In this document: positions 38,601 through 46,221 of the stretch, piece after piece
How positions within the stretch are numbered: position 1 is the stretch's first letter
How the letters are laid out: each line of letters starts with the position of its first letter
Assembly: GCA_046598045.1 (NCBI GenBank)
Contig: JBKJJJ010000127.1
Span: 1 to 64,000 of the forward strand
DNA length: 64,000 nucleotides
Direction: 5' to 3'
Source of the DNA: Candidatus Eiseniibacteriota bacterium
GTDB taxonomy: Bacteria; Eisenbacteria; RBG-16-71-46; DASYSL01
Notes under the pieces: model-generated
Told to the model about the DNA's origin: nothing
What the model saw: only the letters and a program-made list of their open reading frames with translations
Database searches by the model: none
Program-made: the position numbers and the translations under genes

Positions 38601-39135
38601 GACGGCGAGCGACGTCATGGGCGTCGACTCGGTGCGCGTCGAGTACTCGCTCCATGGCACCGGCGGGCCATGGCTGGCGGTCGCGACCGTGGCACCGGAC
38701 ACCAGCGGCTACCAGTGGACGGTGCCCGTGGGCGTCAGCGACTCGGCGCTGGTGCGCGTGACCGCGTTCGACACGTCGGTCAACGGCGGCCTGGATCAGA
38801 GCAACGCGCTGTTCTCGATCCTGGGCTCGGCTGTGGGCGTGGCGCCGACGGGCGACGTGGCGTTCGCCCTCCTGCCGCCGGCCCCGAATCCGGGCAGCGG
38901 CGCGATGACGCTGCGCTACCGCCTGCCGCAGACGGCGGACGCATCGCTCGAGATCTTCTCGCCTTCGGGCCAGCGTGTGTGGTCCGCATTCGAGGCCGCG
39001 AAGTCGGCGGGTGAGCACGTGGTGACCTGGAGCGGTCGCGATGCGGGCGGCGCGCGCGTGCCGGCCGGGCTCTATTTCGTGCGGCTCAGGACACAGTTCG
39101 GCAACCGCAGCGCAAAGCTGGTGCGCCTGAAGTAG
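35620..39135 (+). CDS. Secreted S8 subtilase (CspA-like with inserted domain), four Ig-like repeats and FlgD/T9SS-like CTD
   Basis: DVDTGIDFTRPDF...TRILYIWDQT, DGHGTAVAG, SAGNE, long insert, KPEITAPG, AGTSFSAPHVAG, WGYGKLD; C-terminal PNPG...WSGRDAGG...AGLYFVRL. Confidence 0.92.
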   Translation: MRVRPSLAPSRLALLAALTLALLPTFALAQVRMPLEDLERGLRAAEGGQEIPIANRPFARQVSVNDRLFDRAPSGAEPPAYQAPEEFGVVLEYDGGRVALEAAGVRVQSEVGNIFTARMKRDEIALLRNVRGLKSARLAHYTRPNLNVSAVDVRSDLEHAAVGSPPVYNGRAGLNMILGDVDTGIDFTRPDFMDGLGKTRILYIWDQTDAVGPGPGAFGYGSEWTKTQIDNTPGAVRQTDSDGHGTAVAGVLIGNGSLTGCSAPAYRYVGMAPLAQIIEVKTNFSDAGIIDGVNYIFQKAAALGKDAVVNLSLGSQFGPHDGSDTFASAISALTGPGKIVVASAGNEQADKLHGKLTTTSTTPGVDRVTITVPAYTANAGTFNDYFLVTGWYDPTASYTIRVKAPNGTDSLSCGFGANKDKNTVSGKIFIANQSTLYGYGGTPKGRQFEVEVYDSLSTRRPTAGTWEISIVSNGAPNIGKRVDTWIYQALLGAAGASPVTAISLDNTTVVGSPADGDSVFAVGAHTTKASWFSCAQNGTCAYSVPPTLNAIASFSCIGPRRDGVLKPEITAPGFGVATTHSAQAPAIGICGDVDDGVHEVEAGTSFSAPHVAGAASLFLSAYPGSSPSRVKQAFEAHARTDGFTGAVPNNTWGYGKLDIYGTFDHTAPAVAVTSPSGGESWAVGSSHNITWTASDASGVTSVDLAYSTDGGGSYPNAIATGIANSGSYSWSVPNAVTSTARVRVTAHDPFNNTAAAQSAANFAIVDGTPPTASVVAPNGGESWGAGSSQTIQWTASDNLAVTGVDLAYSTDGGATYPNVIATGLANSGSYAWTLPAIYTTTARVKVTAYDASANAGVGTSANNFSIVDLTPPTVTVTSPVGGGSVEAGSNTNVAYTYGDNVGVTSFDIEYSADNGGSWATLATGVAGSPYLWAVPATLVPQAKLRVTAHDAAANTGNFTTGAFSIVDTTPPAISLIAPNGGETWTEGDSRLIDWTASDVMGVDSVRVEYSLHGTGGPWLAVATVAPDTSGYQWTVPVGVSDSALVRVTAFDTSVNGGLDQSNALFSILGSAVGVAPTGDVAFALLPPAPNPGSGAMTLRYRLPQTADASLEIFSPSGQRVWSAFEAAKSAGEHVVTWSGRDAGGARVPAGLYFVRLRTQFGNRSAKLVRLK
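37609..38820 (+). repeat. Four ~100-aa tandem Ig-like repeats within the third subtilase
   Basis: Units start at 37609, 37915, 38221 and 38518 with DxTxPxxxxxxPxGG...Y-x-W...RVTAxD...FxI. Confidence 0.85.
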
Positions 39136-39157
39136 GCACCCGGCATCGGCACTCCAC

Positions 39158-39194
39158 GGGGCGGTCCGCGCTCGGGCGCGGGCCGCCCCTTCTG
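39158..39194 (+). terminator. Probable intrinsic terminator after third subtilase
   Basis: GGGGCGGTCCGCGC-TCGG-GCGCGGGCCGCCCC followed by TTCT. Confidence 0.6.
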
Positions 39195-39320
39195 CCATGC
39201 GGCGTTCCTCGGGATCAACCCGTGCGGCTGAGGGTGCTGGCATGCGGGCATGGCAACTCCAAGGGGCCCTGCGGCGTAGTCGGCGAGTCCCCACCGACCT
39301 TCCAGCCCGGGAGTCCGCCC

Positions 39321-41057
39321 ATGCGTGTCCCTGCCTCACGGCGATCGAACCTGCTCGTTCCGTTCACCGCCGTGTTCCTGTTGTTCGCCGTCCCCCCCGC
39401 GCGGTCGGCCACGCGCCTCGACCCGGCTGTGCAGTACGCGAGCGACGTCGATACCCTGCTCGCCCGCGTGCGCGCGGGGCGTGGCGCCGAGGCGCTCGTC
39501 CTGTTGCGCCGCGCACTCCTTGTCTCGCCCGACGACTCCTACCTCTGGCACCTGAGGGGCGACCTCGCCGCCGACCAGCACGAGCCCGCGGAGGCGGCGT
39601 TCGCGTATCGCCAGGCGCTCGCGCTCGGATCCCAGACGCGCGCGGGGGTGGCCGAGGACCTGGCGCGCGCGCTGGCCAAGGGCGGCGAGCGTGACAGCGC
39701 ACTCGCCTGGCTCGAGCGCTCGGTGGCGTGGGGCAACGAGCACCGGCCGGACCTGGCCGCCGACAGCGCGTTCACCTCCCTGTGGAAGGACCCGCGCTAC
39801 CGCGCGGCGACGGGGCAGCTCCCCGACCGCAAGTTCACGCGCGACGAGGGCTGGCGCTATGACCTTGCGTATCTCGTGTCCGAGGTGAAGCGAATGCACT
39901 ATCGCTATCGGGTCGAGCCACTTCCGCCCGGCTTCGAAGACGCCGTTCGGGACCTCGACCGGCGTATTCCCGGACTCCCCGACGGACAGGTCCTGCTCGC
40001 CATGCAGCGGCTGCTGGTGCGGATCGGGGACGGCCACAGCACGCTCTACCCGGTGAGCGACCGCACGGGCCCGTGGCCGGTGGTGCCGGTGCGCATGTAC
40101 CTGTTCAGCGACGGCGCATGGATCGTGGACGCCGACTCGTCGCACGTCGGCGCGATCGGCCAGCGCGCGACGGCGATGAACGGCGTGGCAATCGACCGGG
40201 TCCTCGCGCGCCTGACGGAGGTGGTGCCCCACGACAATCCGATGGGCGTCCTCTGGATGGGACCCCTGTTTCTGTCCATGCCCGATGTTCTTGTCCAGCT
40301 TGGCATTGGGAACGACTCCTCAAGCATCACTTTCGACCTGGTCGATCGCGCGGGGACCGCTTCGCGCCTGACGGTGAGCACGCCGACGACTGCGCACGGC
40401 GGCAATCCGCACACGCACATTCCGCGGCTCGGTCCGTCCCGCGCCCCGGGCGCGGGTCCCGTGCCGCGCTGGCTCGCGCACGCGGACGACGCCTACTGGT
40501 TTGGACCGCTCGAGGATTCGTCGATCGTCTACATGCAGTTCAACCAGGTGCAGAACGACCCGCGCGAGCGCCTGCGCGACTTCGCGAACCGGCTCACGGC
40601 GTATGTCACCGAGCACGACACGCGCGACCTGATCGTCGACGTACGGCACAACAACGGCGGGAACGGGAACCTGAACGTGTTGCTCGAGCGCGCGCTCGTG
40701 CGCTTCGAAGGCGGACGACCGGGGCGGCGTTTGTGGGTGATCGCGGGGCGTGGCACGTTCTCGGCGGCGCAGTCGTTCATCAACGACGTCGAGCGCCTGA
40801 CCAACGCGACGTTCGCCGGCGAACCCAGCGGGTCACGTCCGAACTTCGTCGGCGAATCGACGTCGTTGCGGCTGCCGTGGAGCGGAGCCATCGGGAGCGT
40901 CTCGACGCGCTTCCACAGCTTCCGCGACGCGGATGAGCGATTGTGGATCGCGCCGCGCGTGCCCATTCCGCTCTCGTCGGCGGACTACTTCGCGAACCGC
41001 GACCCGGCGCTCGACGCGGTGGTCGCGGCGGCGAAGGCGCGGCGGCCGATCCCCTAG
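39321..41057 (+). CDS. Secreted TPR + S41-like (tail-specific) peptidase
   Basis: Signal-like N-terminus, TPR helices, IGDGHST, LIVDVRHNNGGNG, RGTFSAA (catalytic Ser candidate), AGEPSG. Confidence 0.8.
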   Translation: MRVPASRRSNLLVPFTAVFLLFAVPPARSATRLDPAVQYASDVDTLLARVRAGRGAEALVLLRRALLVSPDDSYLWHLRGDLAADQHEPAEAAFAYRQALALGSQTRAGVAEDLARALAKGGERDSALAWLERSVAWGNEHRPDLAADSAFTSLWKDPRYRAATGQLPDRKFTRDEGWRYDLAYLVSEVKRMHYRYRVEPLPPGFEDAVRDLDRRIPGLPDGQVLLAMQRLLVRIGDGHSTLYPVSDRTGPWPVVPVRMYLFSDGAWIVDADSSHVGAIGQRATAMNGVAIDRVLARLTEVVPHDNPMGVLWMGPLFLSMPDVLVQLGIGNDSSSITFDLVDRAGTASRLTVSTPTTAHGGNPHTHIPRLGPSRAPGAGPVPRWLAHADDAYWFGPLEDSSIVYMQFNQVQNDPRERLRDFANRLTAYVTEHDTRDLIVDVRHNNGGNGNLNVLLERALVRFEGGRPGRRLWVIAGRGTFSAAQSFINDVERLTNATFAGEPSGSRPNFVGESTSLRLPWSGAIGSVSTRFHSFRDADERLWIAPRVPIPLSSADYFANRDPALDAVVAAAKARRPIP

Positions 41058-42280
41058 AGCGCCTTCCGTGGCGGCAGCGCGAGGTTCGCGAACAGGAGCC
41101 CGGCGGCGAGCGCGCCCGCGACCGTGACCAGCGTGAACAGCAACTCCACCCCCGGGATCACCTGGCGCTCGACCAGCGAAGCGATGCTGCGCACGCCGAG
41201 CGTGCCCGGCACGAGCATGAGCAGCGCGGGCACGACCGGCACGGCGGCCGGCCGGCGGGTGAGGCGCGCGTAGGCGTTGCCGAACAGGCCGGTGGCGAAC
41301 GCGGCCGCGAGCATGCCGAGGTCGGGCCCGCCTATGGTCGAGCCGATGCGCGCGACGCCGTAGGCGACGGCGCCCGAGAACAGGATCACCCAGCCGTCCT
41401 TCGGGCGGGCGCGGAAGCCGATCGTGAGCGCGATCGGCGACAGCGCGAGCGCGAGCAGCTCCGTCCAGAACGGCAGGTGCTCCGTCGGCAGCGCGAGCAC
41501 CTGCGCTCCGGCCAGGGGCGCGAAGCGCGCGCCGATCGCGAGCCCGAAGCCGATCGCGAGGAACGTCATCCCGGCGCCGGCGAGGCGCGCGGTGCCCGAA
41601 ACCAGGTTCTTGGTCGCGAGCTCGGTGAGCGCGACCGTGAGCGCGAAACCGGGCACGAGCACGATCAGCCCGCTCACGGCCGCGACCGGCGCGGCCATCG
41701 GTCCGATCGCCCACGCCCACGCGACCGCCGCGAGCCCGGCGGCGATCGACGCCAGCCAGTCGAACACGCGGGCCGCCGCGGCATTGCGCGCCGCGAGCTG
41801 GGCGAGCACGCCGGTCTGCAGCCCGATCGCCGCCGCCGAGACGATCTCGCGCGGGCCGCCGCCGAGGAAGCGCGCGACCGTCGCGGAGGCGAGCCCGAAC
41901 GCCAGCACGGACAGCCACGGCGGATAGCGGCCCGGCGTGGCCTCGATCGCGAGCAGCCGCGTGCGCGCGGCCGCCACGTCGAGCCGGCCCGTGCCGAGGG
42001 CGTCGATCAGCTCGTCGAGCTGGCTCATGCGTTCGAGGTTGACGGCCGCGGGCTCGACCCGCAGCAGCGCGGTGCGCGCCTCCTCGGGCGGGCCGAACGA
42101 CGCCAGCAGCGAGGTCGGCGAGGAATACACCCGGGCCTCGAGGCCGAGCCGCGGCGAGAGCGCGCGGATCGCGTCCTCGAGGCGGTGGGCCGGTGCGCCC
42201 GCGACGTGAAGCGCGTGGCCGAGCGCGAGGACGAACGCCTCGGCCTCGCGTCGCTCGGCGCTGCCCGCTGGCGAATTCAT
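41054..42280 (-). CDS. ThrE-family threonine/serine exporter (two-domain fused form)
   Basis: GAPAHRLEDAI, LVPGFALTVALTEL...SGTARL, PALLMLVPG; about 10 TM helices; GGAGG RBS. Confidence 0.9.
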   Translation of the reverse strand: MNSPAGSAERREAEAFVLALGHALHVAGAPAHRLEDAIRALSPRLGLEARVYSSPTSLLASFGPPEEARTALLRVEPAAVNLERMSQLDELIDALGTGRLDVAAARTRLLAIEATPGRYPPWLSVLAFGLASATVARFLGGGPREIVSAAAIGLQTGVLAQLAARNAAAARVFDWLASIAAGLAAVAWAWAIGPMAAPVAAVSGLIVLVPGFALTVALTELATKNLVSGTARLAGAGMTFLAIGFGLAIGARFAPLAGAQVLALPTEHLPFWTELLALALSPIALTIGFRARPKDGWVILFSGAVAYGVARIGSTIGGPDLGMLAAAFATGLFGNAYARLTRRPAAVPVVPALLMLVPGTLGVRSIASLVERQVIPGVELLFTLVTVAGALAAGLLFANLALPPRKAL

Positions 42281-42289
42281 GGAGCCTCC

Positions 42290-42326
42290 AAAATCAAAAG
42301 GGCCGCGCCCGATCGGACGCGGCCCT
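42290..42326 (-). terminator. Intrinsic terminator immediately upstream of the thrE RBS
   Basis: Minus strand AGGGCCGCGTCCGATCGGGCGCGGCCCT followed by TTTGATTTT, then GGAGG. Confidence 0.75.
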
Positions 42327-42355
42327 GGTTCAGCTTCGGCTTTGGCCGCGCGGGC

Positions 42356-42487
42356 CTAGAAACCGGCCCGGGCTAGTCCTGCGGTCACCAATGCGAGCCC
42401 CAAGACGAGCCCGACGGTGAGCAGGATGGCGTAGGCGACCCGCGTCAACACGGGTCGCGTGGTTTCGGCCGATGGCGCGTGACGCAC
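42356..42487 (-). CDS. Small 43-aa single-TM protein or leader peptide (below ORF-track cutoff)
   Basis: AGGAGG RBS, GTG start, MRHAPSAETTRPVLTRVAYAILLTVGLVLGLALVTAGLARAGF. Upstream TTGACC-N17-GAGACT promoter candidate (42584-42556). Confidence 0.65.
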   Translation of the reverse strand: MRHAPSAETTRPVLTRVAYAILLTVGLVLGLALVTAGLARAGF

Positions 42488-42593
42488 GGGGACCTCCTGT
42501 CACGTCTCGAGAGACACGGCTGGGGACTCATCCGAGAGTCCCTTACGGCGAACGCAGTCTCCACGCGAAGCGCCTGCGGGTCAAGCAGAACCG

Positions 42594-43358
42594 TCACGCA
42601 GCTTCGGCGCGCAGCCCGTCTTCGTCGTTGCGCGGCTCGACCGCTTCCATCGCGAGACGGATTTCCGTCGCCGAGCCCGCGATCCAGGATTCGAGCCCCG
42701 CGAGCCGTTCCGGCTTCGCCTCGCGCGCGATGCTCTCGAACAGAGCGGCCGCGCGGCTCGCGCCGAGGGTCTCGCACAGGCAGGAGAGGGCGTGCGCATG
42801 GATCTCGACCTGCGACGCGTCGCCCGCGCCGTACGCGAAGCGCAGGCGCGCGAGCGGCTGCTGCGTGCGCGCCACGAACGCGTCGGCGAGCATCGCGCGC
42901 AGCTCGGGATTGCCCATGCTCGAGGACTCGATCTTCGTGGCATCGAGCACCGGCAGTTCGCGCCAGGCATCGTTCGGGGCCCACGCCGGCTCGGGCTCGG
43001 GCACCCAGGCGGCAGGATCCTCGTCCACCCACGCGACGGCCGACTCCATGGCCGGGGCGACCCCGAACGTGGACTCCATCTCGGGAACCGGCGCGACCTC
43101 GGCGACCAGCGAGGCGGGCGCCTCTTCGGGGTGGTGCACCCATTTTTCGACCGGGGCACACGTCAGTTCGAGGTCCATCGGCTTGCCCAGGAAATCGTCC
43201 CTGCCCGCGGACCGGCAGCGTTCCCGCTCGCCCTCGCGCACACGGCCGGTGAGCGCGATGAGCGGGGTGCGGTGACCGCCGCTTTCGGCGGAGCGAATCC
43301 ACGTTGCGACTTGGGCGCCGTCGCTCCCGGTCGCGTCCTGCGAGTTTGGCTCGTCCAT
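42594..43358 (-). CDS. Truncated receiver domain + Hpt-like protein
   Basis: GGAGG RBS before MDEPNSQ. C-terminal half of a REC domain (TPLIALTG...ERERCRSAGRDDFLGKP), acidic linker, Hpt-like AHALSCLCETLGA. Confidence 0.7.
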   Translation of the reverse strand: MDEPNSQDATGSDGAQVATWIRSAESGGHRTPLIALTGRVREGERERCRSAGRDDFLGKPMDLELTCAPVEKWVHHPEEAPASLVAEVAPVPEMESTFGVAPAMESAVAWVDEDPAAWVPEPEPAWAPNDAWRELPVLDATKIESSSMGNPELRAMLADAFVARTQQPLARLRFAYGAGDASQVEIHAHALSCLCETLGASRAAALFESIAREAKPERLAGLESWIAGSATEIRLAMEAVEPRNDEDGLRAEAA

Positions 43359-43504
43359 GAATCCTCCGAAGTGATGGGCCACGATGGATATCGGCCCCAC
43401 CCCGGAAGACTTGAACCCCCCTGCGACCAGGGTGTGACTCCGTCCTTCGCCAGCCGCGGGACGATCGGCTTCGACCATCCTCGAAATCGGATACGATGCG
43501 AGCC

Positions 43505-44938
43505 ATGCCCCCTCCGTCCGGACCCCCCCTGACTCCGCGTTTCGAGAACGCATCCGAGTGCCCCGCCGACCCGATTGCGCTGCTCGAGCCGGAGAGCTCC
43601 GAAGCAGCGGCCCCCGCGGAACCGGCCGGGCCGCCCGTCTCGACCGGCGACGTCTTCCGCACGTGGTGGCCGCTCGCCGCGAGCTGGCTCCTGATGGGGT
43701 TCGAGCTGCCGGTCGTGAGCGCGGTCATGGCCCGCCTGCCCATGCCGACGCTCTCGCTCGCCGCCTACGGCGGCGTTGTCTTTCCGCTCGCGCTCCTGAT
43801 CGAGTCGCCGATCATCATGCTGCTCTCGGCCTCGACCGCGCTGTCGAAGGACCTCGCCTCGCATCGCCTGGTGGGGCGCTTCATGTGGACGGCGGGACTC
43901 TCGTTCACCGCGCTCCACGTGCTGGTCGCTTTCACCCCGCTCTACGACGTGGTCGTGGGCGGGCTGCTCGGCGCCCCCGAGGCGATTCGCGCGCCGGCGC
44001 GGCTCGGCCTCATGATCATGACGCCGTGGACGATCGCGATCGCCTACCGGCGCTACTCGCAGGGGCTCCTGATCCGCTTCGGCCGCTCGAAACTGGTGGG
44101 CGTCGGGACCGCGGTGCGCCTCGCGACGAACGCGCTCGTGCTCACCGCCGGCGCGGCCCACGGCCGCCTGCCGGGCATCGCGGTCGGCACGATGGCGGTC
44201 GCGTCGGGCGTGGTCGCCGAGGCGATCTTCGCCGGGCTGTGCGCGCGGCCGGTGGAACGGGACCTGCTGCCGCTCGCGCCGCCGGTCGAGCCGCCGCTTA
44301 CGCAGCAGCGCTTCCTCGCGTTCTACGTGCCGCTCATGCTCACGCCGCTGATCGCGTTCCTCGCGATGCCGCTGTCGAGTGCAGCGATCAGCCGCATGCC
44401 GCGCGCGCTCGACTCGCTCGCGGTGTGGCCGGCCCTGACCGGGCTCGTGTTCACCCTGCGCAGCGTGGGCTTCGCGCTCAACGAGGTCGTGGTCTCGATG
44501 CTCGAGCGCCCGGGTGCGCTGCCCGCGCTCCGGCGTTTCGCGTTCACGCTCGGCGCCGGCACGTCGGGCGCCCTGCTCGTGCTCGCGCTCACGCCGCTCG
44601 GCCGGCTGTGGTTCGGGCACGTCGCGGGCCTGCCGCCGGCGCTGGTCGCGCTCGCCACGATCGGGCTCCTGTTCTCGATCCCCATGCCCGGCCTGTCGGC
44701 GATCCAGAGCCTGTTCCAGGGCGCGCTCGTCCACGCGCACAGGACGCGCGGGGTCACCGAGTCGGTCGCGATCCTGCTGCTCGTCACCGGCGCGACGCTG
44801 GTCTCGGGCGTCGTCTATGGGCGCGTGGCCGGGCTGTATGTGGGGCTGGTCTCGTTCGTGCTCGGCAACGGGGCGCAGGCCGCGTGGTTGATGTGGCGCG
44901 CGAAGGCCCTGGACTCGCGGACGGAGGCGGCGGGATGA
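43505..44938 (+). CDS. MATE-fold/ANKH-like membrane transporter
   Basis: WWPLAASWLLMGFELPVVSAVMAR...LAAYGGVVFPLALLIESPIIMLL; internal duplication (FYVPLMLT...ISRMP...LAVW); about 12 TM. Start approximate. Confidence 0.7.
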   Translation: MPPPSGPPLTPRFENASECPADPIALLEPESSEAAAPAEPAGPPVSTGDVFRTWWPLAASWLLMGFELPVVSAVMARLPMPTLSLAAYGGVVFPLALLIESPIIMLLSASTALSKDLASHRLVGRFMWTAGLSFTALHVLVAFTPLYDVVVGGLLGAPEAIRAPARLGLMIMTPWTIAIAYRRYSQGLLIRFGRSKLVGVGTAVRLATNALVLTAGAAHGRLPGIAVGTMAVASGVVAEAIFAGLCARPVERDLLPLAPPVEPPLTQQRFLAFYVPLMLTPLIAFLAMPLSSAAISRMPRALDSLAVWPALTGLVFTLRSVGFALNEVVVSMLERPGALPALRRFAFTLGAGTSGALLVLALTPLGRLWFGHVAGLPPALVALATIGLLFSIPMPGLSAIQSLFQGALVHAHRTRGVTESVAILLLVTGATLVSGVVYGRVAGLYVGLVSFVLGNGAQAAWLMWRAKALDSRTEAAG

Positions 44939-45094
44939 GCGCACGCTCTGCCGGGCGCCGGGCCGCCGTGCGCCGGGGCGCCGGGCCGCCTGGCCCCGGA
45001 CGAATTCGCCTCTTGCGCCCGGGAGGGCGCTGGCGGACGATGACGCAGGTTTTACACCATGATGCGCATCAGCCCGTCTCACAGGAGGCCTTCC

Positions 45095-45349
45095 ATGTTC
45101 CAGCCAGGCGAGGAGAAGCCCGACTTCTCCGACGTAGAGTCCGGCGGATCCTCGACCGCGCCCAGCGCGAACCCCGTCCCGGCGGAATCCACGTACACCG
45201 TGGTTTCCGGGGACAGCCTGTCGAAGATCTCGAAGCATTTTTACGGCGACGCGAACCAGTGGCGCCGGATCTGGGAAGCGAACCAGGACCAGATCAAGAA
45301 TCCGGATCTCATCCACCCCGGACAGGTCCTCAAGATTCCGCAGGCCTAG
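45095..45349 (+). CDS. Small LysM domain protein (YgaU/Kbp C-terminal type)
   Basis: AGGAGG RBS; TYTVVSGDSLSKISKHFYGDANQWRRIWEANQDQIKNPDLIHPGQVLKIP. Confidence 0.92.
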   Translation: MFQPGEEKPDFSDVESGGSSTAPSANPVPAESTYTVVSGDSLSKISKHFYGDANQWRRIWEANQDQIKNPDLIHPGQVLKIPQA

Positions 45350-45382
45350 AGCCCAGCGTTTCACCCCAGGGAGGGAAATCGC

Positions 45383-45832
45383 ATGCGTCGCCATGTTTCC
45401 GCCGGCCTTTTGGGCCTGGCCGCAGTTCTGTCGTTGATCGTGGTCGGTTGCCAGAAGAAGCCGGAGCCGCCCCCCGCCGCCGTCTCCACCACACCCGCAC
45501 CCGCGCCCTTCAAGGTCACCGGCATCGAACTCGGCAAGGCGCTGACGGCCGACAAGAAGATCGCCGCCACCATGGGAACGTTCGCCACGCGTGACACGAT
45601 CTACGCCGTGATCGCGAGCGAGGGCACGTCGCAGAGCACGAAGGTCGGCGCGCGCTGGACGTTCCAGGACACGCTGGTCGTGGCCGAGGACTCGCAGGAC
45701 CTCGCGCCGACAGGACCGGCCTGGACGGAGTTCCACATCCTCAAGCCGACGCGCTGGCCGAAGGGCAAGTACGCGGTCGAGGTCACGGTCGACGGCGCCC
45801 CGGCGGGCCGCAAGGAGTTCCAGATCCAGTAG
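45383..45832 (+). CDS. Hypothetical lipoprotein
   Basis: GGAGGG RBS; lipobox VVGC; Pro-rich linker; beta-rich domain ending WPKGKYAVEVTVDG. Confidence 0.8.
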   Translation: MRRHVSAGLLGLAAVLSLIVVGCQKKPEPPPAAVSTTPAPAPFKVTGIELGKALTADKKIAATMGTFATRDTIYAVIASEGTSQSTKVGARWTFQDTLVVAEDSQDLAPTGPAWTEFHILKPTRWPKGKYAVEVTVDGAPAGRKEFQIQ

Positions 45833-45861
45833 TTCGCTCCTGGACCAAGGGGTCACACACC

Positions 45862-45900
45862 GAGGGCGCTCTCCTTTGAAGGAGGGCGCCTTCGTTCGTT
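45862..45900 (+). terminator. Probable intrinsic terminator
   Basis: GAGGGCGCTCTCCTT-TG-AAGGAGGGCGCCTTC followed by GTTCGTT. Confidence 0.6.
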
Positions 45901-45977
45901 GAAGGCAGAGCGGGCGGAGCCCATGCAAGTTTTGCATTGCAGTCTTGTAAGAAATTTGGCTTACTCCGTACGTTTTT

Positions 45978-46113
45978 GCCGATAAGAGAATGGTTGCCGG
46001 ACAAGGAGTCCGGGAGCCGCGACACCCCACGTGCGGGGGGTACGCAGCTGCAACCACGAACGGATTCGACACGCCCGTCTCTCGGACGGCCGCAGGATGC
46101 GCACACGCATCCT
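45978..46113 (+). promoter_or_regulatory. Candidate promoter and structured 5' leader with GGA-loop hairpins
   Basis: GCCGATAA at 45978. TGGTTGC (45991) pairs with GCAACCA (46050) and encloses CGGAC-AAGGA-GTCCG. Further hairpins CGAA-CGGA-TTCG and CGCA-GGA-TGCG. Confidence 0.4.
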
Positions 46114-46221
46114 CCTGCCCCGGCCGTCCCGTGCCCCCCGTTCCACGCACCGACAACTGCTGGCCGTCCGGTCCCACTCGCTTCGTGGCGCCCCCCTGGG
46201 CGTTACCCTGGAGGTGATGGC

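Noticed and set aside
45991..46056. c-di-GMP-I or -II riboswitch
   Set aside because: TGCAACC resembles the class II 3' end, but the GGGCAC pseudoknot partner and the class I GCAAA/GNRA elements are absent.
12994..46177. Other long alternative-frame ORFs (12994-16041 +, 31839-34913 -, 35602-39339 -, 43163-46177 -)
   Set aside because: They overlap well-supported genes on the opposite strand and lack recognisable motifs.
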